Shown: positions 1 to 7,474 of the stretch, one piece after another
How positions within the stretch are numbered: the first letter of the stretch is position 1
How the letters are laid out: every line of letters begins with the position of its first letter
NCBI GenBank assembly: GCA_029269845.2
Contig: CP149973.1
Coordinates: forward strand, 1,800,001-1,832,000
Origin: Opitutia bacterium KCR 482
Lineage (GTDB): Bacteria; Verrucomicrobiota; Verrucomicrobiia; Opitutales; Intestinicryptomonadaceae
Length of the DNA stretch: 32,000 nt
Direction: 5' to 3'
The notes under the pieces: model-generated
What the model was told of the DNA's origin: nothing
What the model saw: only the letters and a program-made list of their open reading frames with translations
Database searches by the model: none
Position numbers and translations under genes: made by a program

Positions 1-71
1 GCAACGAATTCCGCGTTCTCCGCTTCGGCGCGGGTATGGACTTTTCGGGAAAACTGCTTGAAAATAAGTAG
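1..71 (+). CDS. 3' end of an unidentified CDS entering from the left edge (...NEFRVLRFGAGMDFSGKLLENK*)
   Basis: Frame 3 is open from the window edge to TAG at 69-71. Too short to assign a family. Confidence 0.2.
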   Translation, partial: NEFRVLRFGAGMDFSGKLLENK

Positions 72-132
72 GATTGTTTGAAAATAATTTGCGCATTTCC
101 GCGTCCGAAAGGCGTTGCGGGAATGCGAAATC

Positions 133-165
133 AAAAAAACGCGGAAGCCCGTTCGGACTTCCGCG
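133..165 (-). terminator. Rho-independent terminator downstream of the antiporter gene
   Basis: Perfect 8-bp stem CGCGGAAG (140-147) / CTTCCGCG (158-165) with a 10-nt loop. It is followed on the minus strand by a 7-T run (A133-A139 on plus). A second hairpin at 93-126 lies further downstream. Confidence 0.6.
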
Positions 166-184
166 TCGCGTTTTCGGGAGCGCG

Positions 185-1645
185 TCAGAATCTCCGGACT
201 ATTCCGAATATCGCAATCGCCACCAAAACCACGGCGAAGAACGCCTCGGTTTTAGTGAACGCCCGCGCTCCGTTTTCGCGCTTCGCCCAGATATAGAACG
301 GTATTCCGAGCGCGAGGAATATGATGGAGTCGAGCAGGTAGTTCAGCCCCGCCGCGTAGATTAGCCACACCGCGTAGGCCGACCCCGCCGCGCCCGACAC
401 CAGCGCGCCCGTCCTGCTTACGCGCGCGTTCGGCGGCGTGTTTTGCAGCCCGTGTCCCTTCGCCAATTTCCAGAGGTATGCCGTGCTTGCCAAATAGGGC
501 GGCAAAACCATTACGCCCGTAATGCTGAGCATTGTGTTCCACGCGTCGTTCGAGAAGTACACAAGCAGCATCGCAAGCTGCATGAGCGCGCTTGTTATCC
601 AAAGCGACACGCTCGGCGAGCCGTTTTTGTTCTCGTGTCCGAATATCTTCGGGAACGTGCCGTCCTTTGCGGCGGCGTAGGGCATTTCGGCGGTAATCAT
701 CGTCCACGCCAGCCAGCTTGCGAGCACCGAGATTATAAGCCCGGCGTTCATCACCCAGCTGCCCCATTCGCCGACGATGCTTTCGAGTATTCCCGCCGTC
801 GAGGGATTCGGCACGGCGGCGAGCTGCGCTTGGGTCATGAACCCGAACGGGAGAATCGAGAGCAGGACGAAAATCGCCAGTCCGCAGATGTAGCCCGCAA
901 TCGTCGCCCTGCCGACGTCCTTTTGCGACTTCGCCCGACCCGACAGCACAACCGCGCCCTCGATGCCGATGAACGCCCACAATGTGACAAGCATTGTGCC
1001 CTTAATCTGCGCGCCGAGACCGCCGAGATTTTTCTCGCCGTGCGAGGTCAGGTTGCCCCAGATGTCGAAGGTGAATTTGTCCCAGTTGAAGACGAAGAAC
1101 AGCACCACGATGAACAGCGCAATCGGCAGCAGTTTGCACACCGTGGCGATTGTGTTGACCAGCGACGCCTGTTTCACGCCGGAGAGCACGACAAAATTGA
1201 AAATCCAAATCAGCAGCGAACCGCCGACTATCGACTCCCAATTATTGCCGCCTGCGAACCACCCCGGAAAAAAGTAGTTCAGCGCGTCCATTGTGATTAC
1301 TGCGTACCCGACGTTTCCGCAGACTTGGCAGAGCCAGTAGCCCCACGCTATCGTGAAGCCCGCGTATTCGCCGAAGCCGTCCTTGCCGTACATGTAGATG
1401 CCGGCGGTGAGGTCGGGGCGCGCGGAGGCGAGCGTGCGGAACGTGTTTGCGATGAAAAACATTCCGATGCCCGTGATAACCCACGCGATAGCCACCGCTC
1501 CGACGCCCGCAGTGTCGGCCATGTTTTGCGGCAGGCTGTAAATGCCGCCGCCTATCATGGAGCTTACGACAATCGCCGCAAGTCCCGCCATTCCGAGCCT
1601 TTTGGCGGTGTCCTGTCCCGCCGCGCCGTTGTTGGTGTCGGACAT
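185..1645 (-). CDS. aaxC: APC-superfamily basic amino acid/polyamine antiporter, probable arginine:agmatine antiporter (AaxC-like)
   Basis: 486-aa ORF with an ATG start and many hydrophobic helices. The N-terminal motif SSMIGGGIYSLPQNMA is typical of APA/ArcD-type antiporters. It starts 9 nt after the stop of the aaxB homologue on the same strand. Confidence 0.75.
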   Translation of the reverse strand: MSDTNNGAAGQDTAKRLGMAGLAAIVVSSMIGGGIYSLPQNMADTAGVGAVAIAWVITGIGMFFIANTFRTLASARPDLTAGIYMYGKDGFGEYAGFTIAWGYWLCQVCGNVGYAVITMDALNYFFPGWFAGGNNWESIVGGSLLIWIFNFVVLSGVKQASLVNTIATVCKLLPIALFIVVLFFVFNWDKFTFDIWGNLTSHGEKNLGGLGAQIKGTMLVTLWAFIGIEGAVVLSGRAKSQKDVGRATIAGYICGLAIFVLLSILPFGFMTQAQLAAVPNPSTAGILESIVGEWGSWVMNAGLIISVLASWLAWTMITAEMPYAAAKDGTFPKIFGHENKNGSPSVSLWITSALMQLAMLLVYFSNDAWNTMLSITGVMVLPPYLASTAYLWKLAKGHGLQNTPPNARVSRTGALVSGAAGSAYAVWLIYAAGLNYLLDSIIFLALGIPFYIWAKRENGARAFTKTEAFFAVVLVAIAIFGIVRRF

Positions 1646-1654
1646 TTTAGAGCC

Positions 1655-2239
1655 TTATTTTACCGAAACGGGGTCGGCGAATTCGAAGTTCAGGAATCCG
1701 AGCGCGGTCAGGCAGTAGCCGAATGCCTGCTCGATATTTAGGTAGTTGTGGAAAAACTGGAAGTCGCTGTGCTTTTCGACCCCGCGGATTTCCAGCTCGT
1801 GTCTGAGAGATTTGTTGAGCCACATTTCGCAGTGCGATTTCGCGATGTCGTCGTCAATCCAAGTGTCGAAATACTCGACGTATTCCGCCGCCCAGCCTCC
1901 GATAAGCTCGCCCTTTGCGTCTTTGCCCCAGCAGATGCCGACGCCCGTGGCAATCGCGCGGTGCTCCGAGCTTCTCGCCCCGTTTGCCGCCATGATTACC
2001 TCCAAGACCGCGCCGTGCTTGAAGTGCTTCGCCACCTTGTCCACTGGGTAGATTTTTCCGAACAGCTCCTTCGGCAGAACCGACGTGTAGGGAACCACGT
2101 TGAAGTTTTCTATTTTCGCCTGCAAGAGGGCGGAGTCGTAGCAGAACGTTTCGAAGGGCTGCGGGGGAATGCCGTCCGCCGCCTGTCCTACGCCGCCGGT
2201 GTGAAACGCCAATGTCGGATATCTTGTACCTAATACCAT
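1655..2239 (-). CDS. aaxB: Pyruvoyl-dependent arginine decarboxylase, chlamydial AaxB type
   Basis: 194 aa from the internal ATG at 2239, preceded by AAGGAGAAC. Starts [16 protein letters not shown] and carries [11 protein letters not shown], which puts Thr52/Ser53 at the reported AaxB self-cleavage position. It also resembles archaeal PdaD (NLIRISSIMP). The track ORF's 27 extra N-terminal codons look non-coding. Confidence 0.85.
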   Translation of the reverse strand: MVLGTRYPTLAFHTGGVGQAADGIPPQPFETFCYDSALLQAKIENFNVVPYTSVLPKELFGKIYPVDKVAKHFKHGAVLEVIMAANGARSSEHRAIATGVGICWGKDAKGELIGGWAAEYVEYFDTWIDDDIAKSHCEMWLNKSLRHELEIRGVEKHSDFQFFHNYLNIEQAFGYCLTALGFLNFEFADPVSVK

Positions 2240-2379
2240 ATTGTTCTCCTTGTTTTTTGTCTTTTTATATGTTTTGCGTCGGGCGCAAGCCCGCGCGGAT
2301 TTCCCGTGACAGTAGAACAATATTGCAGACTATATCGGCGCAATTCCGCGCGGCATTAACCGCCGAAGCCCGCGGGCGC

Positions 2380-2411
2380 AAAAAAAGCGGAACGCGCAGC
2401 CCGCGTTCCGC
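2380..2411 (-). terminator. Rho-independent terminator downstream of the lipoprotein gene
   Basis: Perfect 10-bp stem GCGGAACGCG (2387-2396) / CGCGTTCCGC (2402-2411) with a 5-nt loop, followed on the minus strand by a 7-T run (A2380-2386 on plus). Confidence 0.7.
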
Positions 2412-2437
2412 CCTTGCCGAAATGTTTTGCGCTGCCG

Positions 2438-3082
2438 CTATTTCGCGGCGGCTTCGCGCTTTTCGCGCTCCTTTATGAGAACCTCCTTGAAGGGGTTTTC
2501 CTCCTCCCTGATTTTCGTCTCTCGCTTTTCCTTTTTGATTGTTTCGAGGCGCGACGGGTATTTGTCGGGCGGGAAATATTCAAGACACCACGCCACTTGG
2601 CGTTTGATGTTCGCCGTCGTGCAGTCGGCGGCGGAAACGTGCGAGGGCGAGAATCCGCGCCACGACCAGATGTCGCCGCTGTCGGGGAGAATCGCCTGGA
2701 TTTCGAGCGTCGCGTAGATGTCCGACGCCGCGTTCGTGCCTATCGAAAGGGCGGTATGCTGCTTGTCGGGGTTGTTGTCGTCGTCGAAATCGGCGCGGCC
2801 GTGCGTCGCGTTCCAGAGAGGGCGGAAGACTATCTGCGCCTCCTTTGGGTCTGACACTTCGACGAAGCCCTTTTCTTTGAGGTTCTCGGCGACCGCCGCT
2901 TTCAGCGCGGCGTCTGTTTCGGCGGCGTTGCCCGTCTGCGCGAACACGTCGTTCGTTCCCGCGGGAGCCGCGACGTAGAAAGTTTCAAGCCCGTCGAAGC
3001 TCGCGTTTTCCTTCATTTCCTGCGTTATCGAGCAGCCCGCGAGGAGCGCCGACGCCAAAAGTGCAAAGCAAATTTTTTTCAT
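2438..3082 (-). CDS. Hypothetical lipoprotein with a Lys/Glu-rich C-terminal tail
   Basis: MKKICFALLASALLAGC has a signal peptide and a lipobox (LAGC). The start was chosen at the internal ATG at 3082. I recognise no family with confidence; it may be DUF4136-like. Confidence 0.6.
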   Translation of the reverse strand: MKKICFALLASALLAGCSITQEMKENASFDGLETFYVAAPAGTNDVFAQTGNAAETDAALKAAVAENLKEKGFVEVSDPKEAQIVFRPLWNATHGRADFDDDNNPDKQHTALSIGTNAASDIYATLEIQAILPDSGDIWSWRGFSPSHVSAADCTTANIKRQVAWCLEYFPPDKYPSRLETIKKEKRETKIREEENPFKEVLIKEREKREAAAK

Positions 3083-3192
3083 GGCGTCCAATATGCCGCG
3101 TTTTTTTCCCATTTCAATTAAATAAACGGCGTCGCGGGGATAATTTAGTGTTGAAATCGCCCGCCGATAATTCCAGTATGGACTGAATAATT

Positions 3193-3981
3193 ATGGAAGA
3201 TTTGCAACAACGCGCCGATTCCGTTTGGCTCTCGATAAGGAGCGAGGCGGCGGAAATTTCCGAACGCGAGCCGGTTCTTGCGCCGCTTTTGCGCGCCGCC
3301 GTGCTCGACAGGCGCGATTTGTTCGACTCCGTGGCGTGGCGCATTTCGCGCAAGCTCGGCCGCAACGCGGTTTCCTCCGACGACTTCCAAGCGATTTTCG
3401 CCGAGGCTTTCGCCGCCGACGAATCGATACGCCGCAACATCGTTTCCGACATTCTCGCAATCCGCTCGCGCGACCCTGCGTGCGCGTCGTACCTCAACCC
3501 GATTCTTTATTTCAAGGGCTTCCAGTCCATCACGACCCACCGCGTTTCGCATTACCTCTGGAACAGGGGGCGCAAGGCGCTGGCGTACTACCTGCAAAGC
3601 CTTTCGAGCGAAATTTTCGGCGTCGACATTCACCCCGCGGCGCGTTTCGGCGGCGGCATTCTGCTCGACCACGCGACGTCCTTTGTCGCGGGCGAAACGA
3701 GCGTCGTCGAGGACAACGTTTCGATTCTCCACGAGGTAACCCTCGGCGGCACGGGCAACGAAACGGGCGACCGCCACCCGAAGGTGATGTCGGGCGTGCT
3801 AATCGGCGCGGGCGCAAAGCTCATCGGCAATATCACAATAGGCAGGGGCGCGAAAATCGGCGCGGGAAGCGTAGTTCTCGACGACGTCGCGCCGCATACG
3901 ACCGTTGCGGGCGTCCCCGCGCGGAGGGTCGGCACGCCGTCCGAGGAAAACCCCGCCTCCGACATGAACCAGCGCGTTTAG
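3193..3981 (+). CDS. cysE: Serine O-acetyltransferase
   Basis: 262 aa. It has the SATase N-terminal helical domain (DPACASYLNPILYFKGFQSITTHRVSHYLW) and hexapeptide-repeat left-handed beta-helix (GVDIHPAARFGGGILLDHATSFVAGETSVVEDNVSILHEVTLGGTG...DRHPKV). Confidence 0.92.
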   Translation: MEDLQQRADSVWLSIRSEAAEISEREPVLAPLLRAAVLDRRDLFDSVAWRISRKLGRNAVSSDDFQAIFAEAFAADESIRRNIVSDILAIRSRDPACASYLNPILYFKGFQSITTHRVSHYLWNRGRKALAYYLQSLSSEIFGVDIHPAARFGGGILLDHATSFVAGETSVVEDNVSILHEVTLGGTGNETGDRHPKVMSGVLIGAGAKLIGNITIGRGAKIGAGSVVLDDVAPHTTVAGVPARRVGTPSEENPASDMNQRV

Positions 3982-4009
3982 CAGCCGGCGTGCGTGAAAA
4001 TGTGTCTTT

Positions 4010-4031
4010 CTATCCGATTCGGATAGTTTTT
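4010..4031 (+). terminator. Rho-independent terminator after cysE
   Basis: CTATCCG-ATT-CGGATAG forms a perfect 7-bp stem with a 3-nt loop, followed by TTTTT. Confidence 0.6.
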
Positions 4032-4063
4032 GAGTGCGGATTTTGCGCGGTCTTGCCTGCGGG

Positions 4064-5281
4064 CTATTTTGCGACAAGCCCCTGGCTTAGCCCCAGAATG
4101 CTTGTGACAATGCCCGCCGCGAACGTGAAAATCAGCAGAAACGCCGTGCCGAGCGCAAGCCCGCCGAGCGCGGAGGTCGCCGTTTTTATCCTGCGTCCGA
4201 GCGATGCCGAGTGCGCCGACGCAAGCTCTCCGAACGCCGAAACGAGGCTTCCCGTGCGCTCGCCGACCGCGACGACGTCTACGTCTTCGTCGTCGAGAAG
4301 CCCGAATTTTTGCAGCGCCGCCGAAATCGGCGCGCCGTCGTTTACTGCCGTTCTGAACTGCCTGAAACGCGCGGCGAGTTCGGCGTTTGAGATTGTCTTT
4401 TCGGCGAGCCTGAACGTTTCCGTGGCGTTGACGCCCGACGCGAAGAGTGTTGCCGCAAGCTTCGAGATTCTGCAAATGTCGGCGTCGAACGCGATTTTTC
4501 CGATTATCGGCGTTTTCAAAATGTTTGCGTCTATTTTCGCGCGTCCCGCAGGAGTTTTGCCGTAGAATTTCAGGGCGACGACTGCCGCTCCCGCCGCGAA
4601 GACAAAGGCGGGCACGCCCACCGTCAGCGCGTCGCCAATAAAGTTCATCATTTTTATGGCGAAGTTTTCTGGCGCGCCCATGTTCGCCATCATCGACTTT
4701 ATGCGCGGGAGCATGAAAAACAAAAACATCAGCACGACCGCCGACGCCGTTGCGCACAAAAACGCTGGGTAGGCGAGGGCGGACACGATTGTCGCCCGCA
4801 GTTTGCCGCGCTCCTCGATGTACTCTATGATGTTGTCGAAAACGAAGCCGAGGTTTGCCGTAGATTCGCCCGCCTCGACGAGGTGCACGACGGACGCGTC
4901 GAAAGTTTCGGGGCGTTTTGACATTGCCGCGGCGAGCGTTTTGCCTTCGCTCAGTTCCGCGTACAGTTCGCGGGCAAGCCCCTTTACGCGCGGGTCGAGA
5001 GAGCGCACGGAGAGCGATTTCAGCGCGTCGCCCACGGGCATTCCGCCGCCACCGCAGAGCTGTTTCAGCTTTTTCACGAGAGCGAGCGCGGACTTCTCAC
5101 CGCCCGATTTTTTGGGAGTTTTTTCCGACTTCGTCGCCTGTGTTGCCGTTGCGCGGACGGAAAGCGGCGTCAGCCCCGACGCGGACAGTCCGAGAGCCGC
5201 GGTTTTTGCGTCCGCCGCGTCGATTTTCCCCGTGCGGATTTTTCCCGCCGCGTCGCTTGCCCTGTACTTAAATTCGGGCAT
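4064..5281 (-). CDS. gspF: Type II secretion / type IV pilus platform protein (GspF/PilC family)
   Basis: 405 aa from ATG 5281 ([14 protein letters not shown]..., GGAGGG 6 nt upstream). Two T2SSF repeats are visible ([19 protein letters not shown]...[10 protein letters not shown] and [20 protein letters not shown]...VGERTGSL) along with three hydrophobic segments. It overlaps the gspE stop by 14 nt. Confidence 0.88.
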   Translation of the reverse strand: MPEFKYRASDAAGKIRTGKIDAADAKTAALGLSASGLTPLSVRATATQATKSEKTPKKSGGEKSALALVKKLKQLCGGGGMPVGDALKSLSVRSLDPRVKGLARELYAELSEGKTLAAAMSKRPETFDASVVHLVEAGESTANLGFVFDNIIEYIEERGKLRATIVSALAYPAFLCATASAVVLMFLFFMLPRIKSMMANMGAPENFAIKMMNFIGDALTVGVPAFVFAAGAAVVALKFYGKTPAGRAKIDANILKTPIIGKIAFDADICRISKLAATLFASGVNATETFRLAEKTISNAELAARFRQFRTAVNDGAPISAALQKFGLLDDEDVDVVAVGERTGSLVSAFGELASAHSASLGRRIKTATSALGGLALGTAFLLIFTFAAGIVTSILGLSQGLVAK

Positions 5282-6944
5282 TGTTTCCCTCCGACTGCGT
5301 TGCGTAGTACATGATTTCTTCGAGCGAAGTCGAGCCGCGTTTGACAAGCTCCCAGCCGCATTCGCAGAGCGTGCGCATTCCGCGCGATTTTGCAAGTTCG
5401 GCGATGTCGCGGGCGGTCGCGCGCGAGGAAATCATTGCGCGGATTTCGTCGTCGCAAAGGAGAACTTCGAAAATTCCTATCCGCCCGAAATAGCCTATCC
5501 CCCTGCATTTGTCGCAGCCTTCGGGGCGTTTGACAAGCTCGGCAAAACGCGATTCGTCTTCGCGCACGCCGAGAGCCGCGAGGCTGTTTGCAAGCACCCC
5601 GCGCGGAATGTCGGCGCGGACGGCGCAGCGGCAGAGCCTGCGCACGAGCCTTTGCGCGAGAATCATCTCGACGGACGAGGCAATCAGGAACGGCTCTATT
5701 CCCATGTCGACAAGGCGGGTGAGCGCGCCCGCGGCGTCGTTTGTATGGAGCGTGCTCAGCACAAGGTGCCCCGTAAGCGACGCGCGGATTGCGATGTCGG
5801 CGGTCTCCCTGTCGCGGATTTCGCCGACCATTATAACGTCGGGGTCTTGGCGCAGAACCGAGCGCAGAACCGACGAGAACGTCAGCCCGATTTCGGGGTG
5901 AACCTGCGTCTGGTTGACGCCCTCGACCTCGTATTCCACGGGGTCTTCCACCGTGATTATGCGGATTTCGGGAGCGCGGAGTCGGCGGATAAACGCGGTG
6001 AGCGTAGTCGATTTTCCCGAACCCGTGGGGCCTGTCACCAAAATTATTCCGTGCGGCCGCGAGAGGGGGACTGCTATTTTCGCTGCGTCGTCGGGCATGA
6101 AGCCCAAGTCCTCTATCGTAACGGGGCGCGATTTCTGCGAGAGCAGTCGCAGGGAGACGCTTTCGCCGAAAATCGTCGGCAGGCTCGAAACGCGTATGTC
6201 GATTTCTCCGCCGTCTTTTGCGGCGAATGTAATGCGGCCGTCCTGCGGGCGGCGTTTTTCCGAAATGTTCAGCCGCGCCATGATTTTTATGCGCGACACC
6301 ACCGCGTCCTTGAAGCGCGAAACGGTTTCGGGCAGTTTCAGCGGCACGAGGTTTCCGTCGATTCTGAACCTGATTGCGAGCGCGTTTTTCTGCGGCTCGA
6401 TGTGAATGTCCGTCGCGCGGTCGGACTTTGCGCGGGCGACAAGCTCGTTGACGAATTTTATGACGGCGGCGTTTTCGTCCTCCTGCGCGTCGGCGTCGTC
6501 GATGTCGGAGAAGTCGTCGTCGGAGTCGCCGTCGAAGCTTTCCGCGCCTACTCCGAACGCCTCCGAGAGCGCGGCGTCGAGCGCGTTTGTCGGCACTATT
6601 TTCCATTCGGGCTTTTTGCCCGTGATTGCCGCAATCCACTTCGACGCGTCGGGGGAGGGCGGCCACGAAACCGCGAGAGCGCCGTCGTCGCACGGCATGC
6701 AGGCGTACTCCGAGATTATCCTAAGCGGCACGCGCTCGGTGGGATTTTTTGCGGGCGTCGGGGCTTTGCCCTCCCTGATTCCCGAAAACTCCGCGAGCCT
6801 GCGGGCTATTTCGCTTTCGGTCAGCCGCCCGCGTTCGAGAATGAACGCCGCGCGTTTCGACGCATCCGTTTCGCGCAGTTCCGCGATTGCATCGGGTTCG
6901 AGCGTGTCGGAGAAAATTTCGAAGATGTCGTTCCCGCTGTTCAT
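5268..6944 (-). CDS. gspE: Type II secretion ATPase (GspE/PilB family)
   Basis: 558 aa from ATG 6944 ([11 protein letters not shown]...). Walker [13 protein letters not shown], Asp box, Walker [13 protein letters not shown], His box [10 protein letters not shown] and a tetracysteine motif (CRCA...CDKCRG) are present, plus an N-terminal T2SSE_N-like domain. The 100 upstream codons in the track ORF are Arg/Pro-rich junk overlapping the upstream gene. Confidence 0.92.
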   Translation of the reverse strand: MNSGNDIFEIFSDTLEPDAIAELRETDASKRAAFILERGRLTESEIARRLAEFSGIREGKAPTPAKNPTERVPLRIISEYACMPCDDGALAVSWPPSPDASKWIAAITGKKPEWKIVPTNALDAALSEAFGVGAESFDGDSDDDFSDIDDADAQEDENAAVIKFVNELVARAKSDRATDIHIEPQKNALAIRFRIDGNLVPLKLPETVSRFKDAVVSRIKIMARLNISEKRRPQDGRITFAAKDGGEIDIRVSSLPTIFGESVSLRLLSQKSRPVTIEDLGFMPDDAAKIAVPLSRPHGIILVTGPTGSGKSTTLTAFIRRLRAPEIRIITVEDPVEYEVEGVNQTQVHPEIGLTFSSVLRSVLRQDPDVIMVGEIRDRETADIAIRASLTGHLVLSTLHTNDAAGALTRLVDMGIEPFLIASSVEMILAQRLVRRLCRCAVRADIPRGVLANSLAALGVREDESRFAELVKRPEGCDKCRGIGYFGRIGIFEVLLCDDEIRAMISSRATARDIAELAKSRGMRTLCECGWELVKRGSTSLEEIMYYATQSEGNNARI

Positions 6945-7474
6945 CGCGCCTGCTCCGTTGTTTTTCTCGCGCCGAAAACCGGCATTTTTTGCGCGTTCGC
7001 CGCGCCGTTTTTTTTCGCGGTCGCGGCGGGGGCCGCTATGCTTGCGGGCTGCGGCGCGGGGCCAGTCGGGGCGTCGGGGGTTTTGAGGGTTAGGGTGAGC
7101 GATTCGAGGTTGCTCGAAACGCTTACGCTGTTTGTTTCGTCGTCGTAGAAATCGACAGTATAGGGGACTTTCTCGGACAGCTCCTGCCGCAGTTCCACCG
7201 TGTACGATGTTTTTGCCGTAGTGTCGAAAAGGTCGAATTTCCACTTGCCGTCAACGCAGTAGATTGCCCGCAGTTCGAGCGCGGCGCGTTTTGCGTCCGC
7301 GCCCGAACCCGCCGTTTTCTCGCCCGCGCCCGCCGCCGCGCTTTTAGAGCCGAAGGGGTTTTTTGCCAAGAGCTTTTCGACCGCCTCTGCGCGCTTTTGC
7401 GGCGCGGTTTCGCCCGCCGCGAATGCGGAGAGCGCGGCCGCTGCCGCGAGTGCCGTTAACGCGATTTTCTTCAT
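6941..7474 (-). CDS. Small secreted protein of unknown function, embedded between the secretin and ATPase genes
   Basis: 177 aa. It has a signal peptide ([22 protein letters not shown]), a beta-rich core ([32 protein letters not shown]...SLTLTLK) and a Pro/Ala-rich tail. Its ATG overlaps the gspD stop (ATGA at 7471-7474) and its TGA overlaps the gspE ATG (ATGA at 6941-6944). In the track it is only the 3' end of a spurious 745-aa ORF. Confidence 0.7.
   Translation of the reverse strand: MKKIALTALAAAAALSAFAAGETAPQKRAEAVEKLLAKNPFGSKSAAAGAGEKTAGSGADAKRAALELRAIYCVDGKWKFDLFDTTAKTSYTVELRQELSEKVPYTVDFYDDETNSVSVSSNLESLTLTLKTPDAPTGPAPQPASIAAPAATAKKNGAANAQKMPVFGARKTTEQAR

Noticed and set aside
2240-2320. 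N-terminal extensions of several track ORFs: 2240-2320, 5282-5395, 6945-7244, 19068-19187, 21225-21254, 23788-23895 and 3083-3112
   Set aside because: In each case an internal ATG gives a protein that begins at the conserved family N-terminus or at a signal peptide, often with an SD-like sequence or an ATGA overlap with the upstream gene. The extensions are basic junk or overlap neighbouring genes.
2438-3082. Candidate aaxA-like porin upstream of aaxB
   Set aside because: The product is a 214-aa lipoprotein with a charged helical tail, not a beta-barrel porin. A strong terminator at 2380-2411 separates it from aaxB.
4803-7148. 781-aa plus-strand ORF, the longest on this strand in the region
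   Set aside because: It is antisense to gspF and gspE, whose frames contain unmistakable family motifs. Its translation is Arg/Ala/Gly/Pro-rich with no recognisable domain, which is typical of off-frame ORFs in GC-rich DNA.
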